Assembly: GCA_002269645.1 (NCBI GenBank)
Contig: NIVC01001091.1
Span: 228,289 to 292,288 of the forward strand
Length of the DNA: 64,000 bases
Direction of reading: 5' to 3'
Source of the DNA: Macrostomum lignano
Taxonomy: Eukaryota
Part shown: positions 40,720-52,895 of the stretch, one piece after another
Numbering within the stretch: position 1 is the first letter of the stretch
How the letters are laid out: each line of letters begins with the position of its first letter
Position numbers and translations under genes: made by a program
Notes under the pieces: generated by a model
Database searches by the model: none
What the model was told of the DNA's origin: nothing
Seen by the model: the letters and a program-made list of their open reading frames with translations, nothing else

Positions 40720-42167
40720 ATGGGCAACGCATTGCGCCCATTCAAATCGTTGCGCTCGTCCACGCGTCACCGAGCTTCGCTAGCGGCTTCGGCTGCCGAC
40801 CCTGGTGCAGCATCAGCAGCAACAGCAGCAGCAACAGCCGCTCCTAGTAGCAGCAGCGCCGGTGCAACAACTGGCGGAACAACATCAGCAGCGCTGATCA
40901 GCTCGGCCACCTGCTCCATAGCTGTCAACAATAACAATAGCAATGTCAACAATAATAACAATGCGGCAGACATTGTCTCGGCGTCCACGTCGATGTCGGC
41001 GGCCCCGGCTGTTGCCTGCACCGTCGAGCCTGTCGGGGCCTCCTACCAGGCGTCCCAGTCGTTGCTGGGCAGCGCAGAGGAGCGGCTTATCAATAATAAT
41101 AATTCTGCTTTAAACTGCGTTGCGCCTTCCGCTGTCGCCGCTGCATCTTCTGCGGCAACGGCGGCAGCTCCAGCTGGCGCAGCCGAGAGTAGCCCTCGAC
41201 AGCAGGCGGCGGCAGCAGTGGCGGCTTCGGCGGCTTCCCCTGGCAAAGCCAACCTATTCGTCGCCATGTACAACTACGAAGCTCGAACCGAGGAGGATCT
41301 GTCATTTAACAAAGACGAGATGCTGGAGGTGGTGGACAGCGGCCAGGGGCCCTGGTGGATGGCTCGCGGCCTGACCACCGGTCGTCAAGGCTACGTGCCA
41401 TCGAATTTCTTAGCCCAGGCCGAGACCATCGACTCCGAGCCCTGGTTCTTTGGCCAGTTAACGCGCATGGACGCGCAGATTCTACTGCTGCGCACCGAGA
41501 ATCGAGTTGGCTCATTTCTAGTGCGCAACTGCGAGAACCGCTCGTCCAGGCGGCATCACGCGTACTCCCTGTCCGTCCGGGACCACTCGGTGGTGAAGCA
41601 CTACCGGATTCGCCGGCACGAGAGCGGCCTGCTGTTCATCAGTCGGCACGTGAAATTCCGCACCGTGCCGGACCTGATCGCGCACTACAGCGCCGAGTCC
41701 AACGGCCTGTGCACCCGCCTAGTCGCTCCCTGCGTTCGGTCCAATGTCCCCGAGCCGATCGGCCTGTCCTACGACACCGTGGACATGTGGGAGATTCCCA
41801 AGGCGTCGCTGCAGCTGCGCAATCTGGTTGGCCAGGGCCAGTTTGGCGAAGTGTGGGAAGGCGTCTGGAACAGCACAACTCGGGTGGCCGTCAAGACCCT
41901 GAAGCCGGGCACTATGGATGCTAAAGATTTCCTACGCGAGGCGCAGACTATGAAACGATTGCGTCATCCCAACCTCATCCAACTGTACGCCGTGTGCACC
42001 CAGGATGAGCCGATCTACATTGTCACCGAGCTGATGAAGCACGGCAGTCTATTGGATTATTTGCAGGGCCCGGCCGGCCGGAGCCTGGCTGTCAAGGACC
42101 TGCTGTTCATGGGATCGCAGGTGGCCGCCGGGATGGCCTATCTGGAGGGCCGGAACTATATTCACAG
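40720..42167 (+). CDS. Src42A: Src-family tyrosine kinase (Src42A/FRK-like) exon 1: unique domain, SH3, SH2, kinase N-lobe
   Basis: MGNAL start; SH3 [15 protein letters not shown]...GPWW...GYVPSNF; SH2 WFFG...FLVR; [27 protein letters not shown]; AG|GTGAG donor. Confidence 0.92.
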
Positions 42168-42179
42168 GTGAGAGTTTGT

Positions 42180-43830
42180 ATCCCTTATTTATCCCGTGTG
42201 TTCCCTACTTATCCCATCCATCCCCTATTTATCCCATCTATCCCCAATTTATCCCATTCATCCCCTATTTATCCCATCTATCCCCAATTTATCCCATCCA
42301 TCCCTATTTATCCCATGTGTTCCCTACTTATCCCATGTGTTCAATATTTATCCCATCCATCCCCTATTTATCCCATCTATCCCCAATTTATCCCATCCAT
42401 CCCCTATTTATCCCATCTATCCCCAATTTATCCCATTCATCCCCTATTTATCCCATCTATCCCCAATTTATCCCATCCATCCCCTATTTATCCCATTTGT
42501 TACCTATTTATCCCATGTGTTCCCTACTTATCCCATGTGTTCAATATTTATCCCATCCATCCCCTATTTATCCCATTTGTTACCTATTTATCCCATGTGT
42601 TCCCTACTTATCCCATGTGTTCCCTTATCCCATGTGTTCAATATTTATCCCATCCATCCCCTATTTATCCCATTTGTTCCCTATTTATCCCATGTGTTCC
42701 CTATTTATCCCATCCATCCCCTATTTATCCCATTTGTTCCCTATTTATCCCATTTGTTCCCTATTTATCCCATTTGTTCCCTATTTATCCCATGTGTTGC
42801 CTATTTATCCCATGTGTTGCCCATTTATCCTATGTGTTCCCTATTTATCCCATTTATTCCCTATGTATCCCATGTGTTCCCTATTTATCCCATGTGTTGC
42901 CTATTTATCCTATGTGTTCCCTATTTATCCCATTTGTTCCCTATTTATCCCATGTGTTCCCTATTTATCCCATGTGTTCCCTTTTTATCCCATGTGTTCC
43001 CTATTTATCCCATGTGTGGCCTATTTATCCTATGTGTTCCCTATTTATCCCATGTGTTCCCTATTTATCCCTATCCATCCCCAATTTATCCCATTTGTTC
43101 CCTATTTATCCCATGTGTTCCCTATTATTCATCCCATAGATCCTTTATTATCCCATGCATCTCCTATTTATCTCATTCATCCCCACTTTAATCCCTGGAT
43201 CCCCTATATTATCCCATGCATCCCCTATTTATCCCATTCATTCACTATTTATCCCATTCCTCCCCATTTTTATTTCATGCTTCTCCTATTTATCCTATAT
43301 ATCCCTTTTATCCTATATATCCCCTATTTATCTAGTGTATCCCGTATTTTTGCCATGCTTTTCCATGTATTCCCAATTTATCCCATGTATTCCCAATTTA
43401 TCCCATGTATTCCCAATTTATCCCATGTATTCCCAATTTATCCCATGTATTCCCAATTTATCCCATGTATTCCCAATTTATCCCATGTATTCCCAATTTA
43501 TCCCATGTATTCCCAATTTATCCCATGTATTCCCAATTTATCCCATGTATTCCCAATTTATCCCATGTATTCCCAATTTATCCCATGTATTCCCAATTTA
43601 TCCCATGTATTCCCAATTTATCCCATGTATTCCCTATTTATCCCATGTATTCCCTATTTATCCCATGTATTCCCTATTTATCCCATGTATTCCCTATTTA
43701 TCCCATGTATTCCCTATTTATCCCATCCATCCCCTACCTTACTCGTTAATCTCGTATTTATCCCTCATCCCCTATTGCAAGCATGTCAATTTATCCACAT
43801 TTATCCTATGTATCTGTATTAATCCCATAC
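42180..43830. repeat. 20-bp minisatellite TATTTATCCCATGTGTTCCC filling the Src intron
   Basis: About 80 units with a gradual variant gradient. Confidence 0.96.
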
Positions 43831-43952
43831 GTCCCTATCTTTCCCATTCACCTATAAAATGCCATGCACCCATAAATATCCCAAGCAATCCATAAACCTG
43901 GGAGCGTCAAAGCAGCTACAAAATCCCAATAACCCCCTTCCCCAATCCGCAG

Positions 43953-44442
43953 AGACCTGGCTGCCCGCAACATTCTGGTCGGCGACAATCGGGTGGCGAA
44001 GATCTGCGACTTCGGCCTGGCCCGACTGCTGAAAGTCGGCCAGGAATACGAGGCCAGGCACGGCTCCCGGTTCCCGATCAAGTGGACCGCGCCGGAGGCC
44101 GCCAATTTCAGCCGGTTCTCCATCAAATCCGACGTTTGGTCTTACGGCATCCTGCTGATGGAGCTGCTCACCTACGGCCGGGTGCCGTACCCGGGCATGA
44201 GCAACATGGATGTGCTCCATCAGGTTGAGAACGGCTACAGGATGCCCCGGCCGTCCGGCTGTCCGGACCCTGTCTACCGCCTCATGCGCCTCTGCTGGGA
44301 CTCGGACGAGAACAGGCGGCCCAGCTTTGAAGAGATTCACGCCCGGATCGAGGATATGCTCAACGCCGACGATGACGAATGCGTGGGCGGCGGGGGCGGA
44401 GCCTGCGGCGGAGGCGGCGGTAGAAGAAGTCTGTTTAAGTAA
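43953..44442 (+). CDS. Src42A: Src-family kinase exon 2, kinase C-lobe and tail
   Basis: TCCGCAG acceptor restores HRDLAARN; [24 protein letters not shown] and SDVWSYG; TAA at 44440-44442; protein about 645 aa. Confidence 0.94.
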
Positions 44443-44574
44443 TTCCACACATGTACAGATATTATGCAAAACTTTTTATAAGCCTTGCTGATTTGAAGTA
44501 TCAATAGCGCTGCGCATTGTAGAGCTTTTTAAAAATAGAAATAAGTTTTACAATCTCTGTTGCCTCTATATGTT

Positions 44575-45325
44575 GGGATTTTCAATTTGTTTAAATTGGG
44601 ATTTTCAATTTGTTTACATTGGGATTTTAATTTGTTTAAATTGGGATTTTTTATTTGTTTAAATTGGGATTTTCAATTTGTTTACATTAGGATTTTCTAT
44701 TTGTTTACAATGGAATTTTAATTTGTTTACATTGGGATTTTCAATTTGTTTACATTGGGATTTTCAATTTGTTTACATTGGGATTTTAATTTGTTTACAT
44801 TGGGATTTTCAATTTTTTTACAATGGAATTTTAATTTGTTTACATTGGGATTTTCAATTTGTTTACATTGGGATTTTCAATTTGTTTACATTGGGATTTT
44901 CAATTTTTTTACAATGGAATTTTAATTTGTTTACATTGGGATTTTCAATTTGTTTACATTGGGATTTTAATTTGTTTACATTGGGATTTTCAATTTGTTT
45001 ACATTGGGATTTTCAATTTGTTTACATTGGGATTTTAATTTGTTTACATTAGGATTTTCAATTTGTTTAAATTGGGATTTTCAATTTGTTTACATTGGGA
45101 TTTTCAATTTGTTTACATTGGAATTTTAATTTGTTTACATTGGGATTATCAATTTGTTTACATTGGGATTTTCAATTTGTTTAAATTGGGATTATCAATT
45201 TGTTTACATTGGGATTTTAATTTGTTTAAATTGGGATTATCAATTTGTTTACATTGGGATTTTAATTTGTTTAAATTGGGATTTTCAGTTTGTTTACATT
45301 GGGATTTTCAATTTGTTTACATTGA
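44575..45325. repeat. 23/24-bp minisatellite TTTCAATTTGTTTACATTGGGATT
   Basis: About 31 units. Confidence 0.95.
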
Positions 45326-46181
45326 TTTTCGCATTACTTTAGTAATTAGCTGAAATTTCTAAAAAATTAAATAAAATTTGCATTCGAAAATTCTGATCGA
45401 GACTTTTTATTTGAGAAATATTCGAGGCTCCTCACTGCACCAGTTCCTTCTAGATAGCACCTGTAGCTCGGTTTTTGAGTGGCTCATTTGTGCGCAAAAA
45501 TCGTATTCAATCGAGGCTGGTCATTTTGGCTTTTTATTGAAAAAATGCAATTTCTATACTAGTCGTAGTATTGCTGCTTTTTTTAATGTAATTTTGCTTT
45601 GCCCTATTGATTTCCGCTTCTTGTGCTTGCAATTATAAGCTGCAGTCTGTCTGCTTTGCGGCAATTTTGCCGCTTTTTGTTCCTTGGAGGCGTTCGCCAG
45701 TACACAAACACGCGGGTTTGAACAGCTGCCCTGCGAATATATTAACTGTACACACAATCATTGAGCCATCTATTTTAATCATTTCGACTGTCCTTAAACT
45801 CATCTCGAGACTCATTTCAAGCAGCTCTATTTCCATTTCTCGTCCAGCTCTGTTATTATTGTTGTCTATATATAAATTACTAATACTAATGGTTATTATA
45901 AAGTTCAAATAAATCTATACCATGTGTTGTTTTTAGTTGTTGCATTTCGTTGCAAAATGTTTTTTGAGCCAAGATTTGGCTGAAATATTATCGATTTATG
46001 CTTCGCTTAACTGACTTTCTCTTGCTCCTATATTGCTACTGTTGTCAGTAGCCATGTGCGAGAGTATAAGAGACTAAATTTTCTGTTGTCTAGCCACACA
46101 ACCCGCCCCTTTAAATGTGGTAACTATCCATCTTACTTCAAGTAGTAAGTATGTTTAAGATGAAACTGTTAATCATTTGTT

Positions 46182-46182
<1 letters not shown>

Positions 46183-46240
<58 letters not shown>

Positions 46241-46343
46241 CTAAGACACTAAGACACTAAGACACTAAGACACTAAGACACTAAGACACTAAGACACTAA
46301 GACACTAAGACACTAAGACACTAAGACAGACACTAAGACACTA

Positions 46344-46376
<33 letters not shown>

Positions 46377-46409
46377 CACACAGACAGACAGACAGACAGA
46401 CAGACACAC

Positions 46410-46442
<33 letters not shown>

Positions 46443-46579
46443 GAGACAGGTAGACAGACAGGTAGACAGACAGACACACACACACACACACACACAGACA
46501 GACAGACAGACAGACAGACAGAGAGACAGGTAGACAGACACACACACACACACACAGACAGACAGACACACAAACACAC

Positions 46580-46648
<69 letters not shown>

Positions 46649-46685
46649 GACAGGTAGACAGACAGGTAGACAGACAGACAGACGC
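46183..46685. repeat. (GACA)n, (GACACTAA)n and (CA)n compound microsatellite
   Basis: Read directly. Confidence 0.95.
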
Positions 46686-47284
46686 AAAGACACAAACAGA
46701 GGAAATGAGGCAGAGAGAACTGCCAAGGCTCAGCTGCTCGGAATGATGCAGCTAGCTGCAGTCTGCTCTGCATTCCCTATTCCTAAAATCTTGTTTCCAA
46801 GCGCAGTGCCTCAGTCGCGGATGGGGCGGGTGTCCGAAGCAGGCAAAATCTGATTGACTGTTGCAGACTTTCTTCTCGCTCGCAGCAACTCTCTCCCGCA
46901 TTACGCAACCCGCCGCTTCGGCCCCGAAGTTGCCCGAGCGGCTGTTTCAGCTGAAAGTCAATAAAAGCAACTGCAGACTCTGCAACTAAACTGTTTCTTG
47001 GCCAGCAACAGCCTCTACTAGAAGCAGAAGAAGCAAATTGGCGCACCGGAGAACAGCTGCGCGAGTGCTTGGTGGTGAAGTGGCAAGTGGCTCAAATGCT
47101 GCGACTTGCCGAGCGCCTGACGCAACACCTAAATTGGTGCTCAGGGACTCAAATGAGCTGCTGATTGACGGTCGATCAGCTGGGGGCTTCATCGGGCGGG
47201 CGTTCGGGGTTTTGGGTGCACTCTGGATAAAACATCTCTTCTAGTCTGCTTAGCGGTTAGACATCTCATTTCACTGTGATGTAT

Positions 47285-47865
47285 CTCAATCTAACCCTGA
47301 TCTCATCCCAGTCTCACCCTGATCTTATCCCAGTATCACCCTGATCTTATCCCAGTCTCACCCTTATCTTATCCCAGTCTCACCCTTATCTCATCCCGGT
47401 CTCACCCTGATCTCACCCGAGTCGCACCCTGATCTTGTTGCATATCTTACCTTGATCTCATCCCAGTCTCACCCTGACCTCATCCCAGTCTCACCCTGAT
47501 CTTGTTGCATATCTTACCTTGATCTCATCCCAGTCTCACCCTGACCTCATCCCAGTCTCACCCTGATATTGTTGCATATCTTACCTTGATCTCATCCCAG
47601 TCTCACCCTGACCTCATCCCAGTCTCACCCTGATCTTGTTGCATATCTTACCTTGATCTCATCCTAGTCTTACCTTGATCTCATTAAAAATCTCACCCTG
47701 ATCTCACCATAGTCTCAACCTGATCGCACCTTAGTCTCACCCTGATCTCACATTAATCTCACCCTGATCTCACCTTATTCTCATCCTGATCGAACCTTAG
47801 TCTCACCCTGATCGCACCTTAGTCTCACCCTGATCGCACCTTAGTCTCACCCTGATCTCATCTCA
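47285..47865. repeat. About 22-bp degenerate minisatellite TCTCACCCTGATCTCATCCCAG
   Basis: Read directly. Confidence 0.85.
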
Positions 47866-48322
47866 GCGGAGTCTCATTCCTTCCTCTCTGACTACTGTTA
47901 AACCAGTCTGCACCAACAGCCCTTATGCTGACACTGCCACTCAGTCCCGGCCCGACATTCCTGATTCAGTTTTGTTGCCGGGACTGAAAAAAACTTTGAA
48001 TTCCCGATGGGCCTCTTCCCAGCTCGGTTCCATAAATGCCTTTTGGGAACTGGGATTTTTCCAATTAGCGCCCCAGGCCTGGAAGACAAAGAGCGGCTTG
48101 GTTGCGTCATTCATTAATTTAGTAAAGTGAGAAATATAATCCTTCAATCATCGAAGCCTCATCGCTCCAGAGCTACCAAACGCTGCACGTGGCTGGGCGT
48201 GAAGGGAATAATCCTTCCCGGTGTCTGCCCAGGACATTGGGAGCAGATTGGGTGATCATTTTGAGCTGAGCTTGTTGGCCACTGGGGCGCTTGATTAGGG
48301 CTCGGGGTGGCATCAGGTTTCA

Positions 48323-48715
<393 letters not shown>

Positions 48716-49239
48716 ATAATACTCATTTCTATCTTTTCTTTCCCTAAGGGGATCCCAGGAGCTGCAGTTGTGCTGTCCTACCAGTGGGGAGGGCTGATGA
48801 TGCAAGTTTTGCGTTGACAGTTGAAATGAAAATTTCCCAAATTCTCTGCCCAGTTGGCAAACAGATGGCATCTCATGGGAAGCCGTGCGCTCACCAGCAG
48901 GGATGCTAAAACTGGCTCTGGATGAGACTCGAGCAAGGCGTTTAATTTATGAATTTTAAGAAAGAAGCCTCCTGGTCTTTGCTAGTCAAGATGATTCAAC
49001 TTTGATTAATAATCAAATGCTATTTTACACAAGTATATTTCATAGAGATACTCGTATTGTACATGTGTTACCTGATTTCATTTGTTGATAATTAACGAAA
49101 AACAATGGCTAGCATAAAATGTGTTCAGTAAATTACCAGCAGGACCAGAGTTATCTTCAGCTGGAGGCTGAGACAGGCAGTGACAGATATTGGGGTGTCA
49201 GAGAAATCAAGTGAGAAATAATTTTACAACTGAATTATA

Positions 49240-49735
49240 CTGTGACTGGTTTATGGAGTGACTGGTTTATAGAGTGACTGGTTTATTGAGTGACTGGTTT
49301 ATTGAGTGACTGGTTTATTGAGTGACTGGTTTATTGAGTGACTGGTTTATAGAGTGACTGGTTTATGGAGTGACTGGTTTATAGAGTGACTGGTTTATTG
49401 AGTGACTGGTTTATTGAGTGACTGGTTTATTGAGTGACTGGTTTATAGAGTGACTGGTTTATAGAGTGACTGGTTTATTGAGTGACTGGTTTATAGAGTG
49501 ACTGGTTTATAGAGTGACTGGTTTATTGAGTGACTGGTTTATTGAGTGACTGGTTTATAGAGTGACTGGTTTATAGAGTGACTGGTTTATTGAGTGACTG
49601 GTTTATAGAGTGACTGGTTTATAGAGTGACTGGTTTATTGAATGACTGGTTTATTGAGTGACTGGTTTATAGAGTGACTGGTTTATAGAGTGACTGGTTT
49701 ATTGAGTGACTGGTGTATAGAGTGACTGGTTTATG
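49240..49735. repeat. 16-bp minisatellite GAGTGACTGGTTTAT(T/A)
   Basis: About 31 units. Confidence 0.95.
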
Positions 49736-49936
49736 GAGCAAATGATTTATGGAGCAAATGATTTATAGTGTGAATGGCTTTAAAGAGTGGCAGATTGATG
49801 AAGAGACAGTAGAAGTAAAAATTTTGAAGAGTGACACAAAGGTCCCTGAGTGCTGGGTCTCGGACGGACCGCGGGCATCTGACTTGAGTGAATCCAATCA
49901 ATCAATAAATTTAGTTAATAAACAGCCGCCAGCCAA

Positions 49937-50272
49937 TCACGCGATACACGCGTGCGTCTCCATCTTGACCTTGACCTTGGAGAAGTCCAGCCGCTTCGTG
50001 AGGTCCTCGGCTCGAAGCTGCGTGTAGGCGCGCCGGCCGCCGGACCGCTGGGCGGCTTTGAGGAAGACGGCGGCGGCCGGGCGGGCTGTGGGCAGGTGCA
50101 GGCCGTGATGCTGCTGGTTGTTGAGCCGCAGGAACCGCTCAGTCCAGGCTCTGAGCAGGATGGACTCCAGGAGCAGGTGCTGGTTGGCCTCGCATAGCAG
50201 CGACATCAGGTGGAAGTCCGAGGTGAGGAAGCCGGGCAACAGGTGGAAGCTCACGTCCCGGATGCGGTGAAC
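49937..50272 (-). CDS. Pannexin-like channel, exon 3 (C-terminal cytoplasmic region)
   Basis: CCCTACAG acceptor, phase 0; VHRIRD...TSDFHLMSLLCEAN resembles Panx1 YNDLSLYNLFLEEN; TGA at 49937-49939, with a weak alternative donor at 49975. Confidence 0.72.
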   Translation of the reverse strand, partial: VHRIRDVSFHLLPGFLTSDFHLMSLLCEANQHLLLESILLRAWTERFLRLNNQQHHGLHLPTARPAAAVFLKAAQRSGGRRAYTQLRAEDLTKRLDFSKVKVKMETHACIA

Positions 50273-50319
50273 CTGTAGGGATGTTCGGAATGTCCTTGAA
50301 GTGTCTGGAGATCGGAGAG

Positions 50320-50600
50320 TGTGGTATTTCAAGGGACTGTGGTATGTCTTGGGGTGTGGTATTTCTGATGGGTGTGGTATTTCTGAGGGGTGTGGTATTT
50401 CTGATGGGTGTGGTATTTCTGAGGGGTGTGGTATTTCTGAGGGGTGTGGTATTTCTGAGGGGTGTGGTATTTCTGGGGAGTGTTGGATTTCTGGAGATGT
50501 GGTATTTTCTAAGGGGTGTGGGATTTCTGGGGAGGGTGGAATTTCTGTGGGTGTGGGATTTCTGGGGGTGTGGGTTTTGTGGGATTTGGGAGACGTTCGA
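50320..50600. repeat. 18-bp minisatellite GGTGTGGTATTTCTGAGG
   Basis: Tandem units next to the exon 3 acceptor. Confidence 0.88.
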
Positions 50601-51199
50601 TTATTTAAAATGTGGCACATGCGATTTTTGTGGAATGTAGGATAATTTGTGAATTGTGGGTCTAATATGAATGTTGAATTCCGTAGAATGTAATGTGACA
50701 ACATTTAATGCTTCTTTACCAACACATTTATCCTCAAATTTAGAAACCACGAAGAAGTAGAAGAGAATTAAATTAAATCACCTTTGATAATTTTTCCTTT
50801 TCAAAAGTTTTAATCGCGCGCGACCCTCTCACGAAACGAGGTCCCACTCCTCATCACGGATTAGAAAGACTAAATAGGATTGCTTCAACTCCCCATCTCT
50901 TAATCCCCGGTCTCGGTGGTGTGGCGTGACACTCAAGCGAGGATTTTTGGCCACTTCCGTCGGGGGTGGCGGGGCAGGTACGGCTCCCTGGCCTGTCGAA
51001 TGCAGGCGAATGGCAAAGAAGCAGCGCGGGGCGTTGCAGGGAGATCGAGGCCGGATGAAGGCGGGAGCAGGGAGGCTGAGCAAATATGCCGCCAGCATCG
51101 GCTTGGCTTATGAGTCATGCTTTCGGACTGAGCTGAAGAGAACCCGCATGAGCCAAGCAATGAGTGAAGGATGGAAATAATGAGTGATATTGTGAGTTC

Positions 51200-52110
51200 C
51201 TGAGTGAATTTATGAGTGAGTTCATGAGTGAGTTCATGAGTGAGTTCATGAGTGAGTTCATGAGTGAGTTCATGAGTGAGTTCATGAGTGAGTTCATGAG
51301 TGAGTTCATGAGTGAGTTCATGAGTGAGTTCATGAGTGAGTTCATGAGTGAGTTCATGAGTGAGTTCATGAGTGAGTTCATGAGTGAGTTCATGAGTGAG
51401 TTCATGAGTGAGTTCATGAGTGAGTTCATGAGTGAGTTCATGAGTGAGTTCATGAGTGAGTTCATGAGTGAGTTCATGAGTGAGTTCATGAGTGAGTTCA
51501 TGAGTGAGTTCATGAGTGAGTTCATGAGTGAGTTCATGAGTGAGTTCATGAGTGAGTTCATGAGTGAGTTCATGAGTGAGTTCATGAGTGAGTTCATGAG
51601 TGAGTTCATGAGTGAGTTCATGAGTGAGTTCATGAGTGAGTTCATGAGTGAGTTCATGAGTGAGTTCATGAGTGAGTTTATGAGTGAGATCTTGAGTGAG
51701 TTCATGAGTGAGATCTTGAGTGAGTTCATAAGTGAGTTCATGAGTGAGTTCATGAGTGAGTTCATGAGTGAGTGAGTTCATGACTGAGTTCATGAGTGAG
51801 TTCATGAGTGAGTTCATGAGTGAGTGAGTTCATGAGTGAGTTCATGAGTGAGTGAGTTCATGAGTGAGTTCATGAGTGAGTTTATGAGTGAGATCTTGAG
51901 TGAGTTCATGAGTGAGATCTTGAGTGAGTTCATAAGTGAGTTCATGAGTGAGTTCATGAGTGAGTTCATGAGTGAGTGAGTTCATGACTGAGTTCATGAG
52001 TGAGTTCATGAGTGAGTTCATGAGTGAGTGAGTTCATGAGTGAGATCTTGAGTGAGTTCATGAGTGAGTTCATGAGTGAGTGAGTTCATGAGTGAGATCT
52101 TAAGTGAGTG
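51200..52110. repeat. 12-bp satellite (ATGAGTGAGTTC)n, forward array
   Basis: About 75 units; inverse of the array at 53510-54680. Confidence 0.97.
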
Positions 52111-52126
52111 GCTCAGCCGGTCTCAC

Positions 52127-52631
52127 CTCATTCCTATAGTACCCCAGCGCCATCAGCTTGATGAAGCTGGCAAAGAAGCTGGCCTCCATGTAGGCGTCCT
52201 CCCTGAAGGCCAGCCTCGACTGGGCGAAGCGGAGCCGGGCGAAGGCGACTTGGGCGGCGCAGACGGCGGCAGCAGCGGCCAGGAGGCCCAGCAGTGCGGC
52301 GTTCGCCCAGCGCGACAGCGGCTGAGCGCAGGTGGCCATGGTGGCTCCGTGGCGATCGGTTTGGCACGTCCGGCTGGCCGGGAACGGCGCCAGGGAGCCG
52401 GCGGCGCCGCAGGCGAGGGCGCCACAGGCGAACAGCAGGATCTGGCCAGCAAGGCAGGCACCCTGCTTGGCTGCCCAGGCGCGCCACAGGCGGCCGGAGG
52501 TCTGCCAGGCGGCCAGGCGGTGGCCGAGCGTCCAGTCGATGCGACCGGCCTCGCAGCTGGCCAGGCGGGCGGCGCCGATGGCCGAGAAGCCGCCGAGAAG
52601 GGGCGGCTGGCGGGGCGGCTCAGCGGCTTCT
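52127..52631 (-). CDS. Pannexin-like channel, exon 2 (intracellular loop, TM3, EL2, TM4)
   Basis: CTCCACCAG acceptor (phase 2) and GAG|GTGAGA donor. Stop-free frame EAAEPP...LWRAWAAKQGACLAGQILLFACGAL...SRTCQTDRHGATMATCAQPLSRWANAALLGLL...YYRNE has two EL2 Cys. Confidence 0.75.
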
Positions 52632-52649
52632 CTGGTGGAGAGAAATTTC

Positions 52650-52860
52650 GGGGGATGAGATTATCTCTATGAGAGAGATTCTGGGGGATGAGATTATCTC
52701 TGTGAGAGAGATTCTACAGGATGAGATTATCTCTGTGAGAGAGATTCTACAGGATGAGATTATCTCTGTTAGAGATCTCTGGGATGAGATTATCTCTGTG
52801 AGAGAGATTCTACGGGATGAGATTAGCTCCGTGCGAGAGATTTCGGGGGATGAGATTATC
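52650..52860. repeat. About 33-bp repeat GAGATTATCTCTGTGAGAGAGATTCTACAGGAT, pannexin intron 1
   Basis: About 6 units; related to the array at 57770-58160. Confidence 0.85.
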
Positions 52861-52895
52861 TAAGAGTCAAGAGATTAACCGTTCCCCCGCTCTAC

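Noticed and set aside
42168-43895. Multiple 114-548 aa ORFs in the Src intron
   Set aside because: Artefacts of the 20-bp minisatellite; the flanking exons splice cleanly (HR|DLAARN).
50829-51200. GC-rich patch with short ORFs on both strands in pannexin intron 2
   Set aside because: No recognisable domain, and it is not needed for the exon 2-3 junction.
52127-52300. CALHM-like resemblance after TM4
   Set aside because: Exons 1 and 3 fit a pannexin pattern much better.
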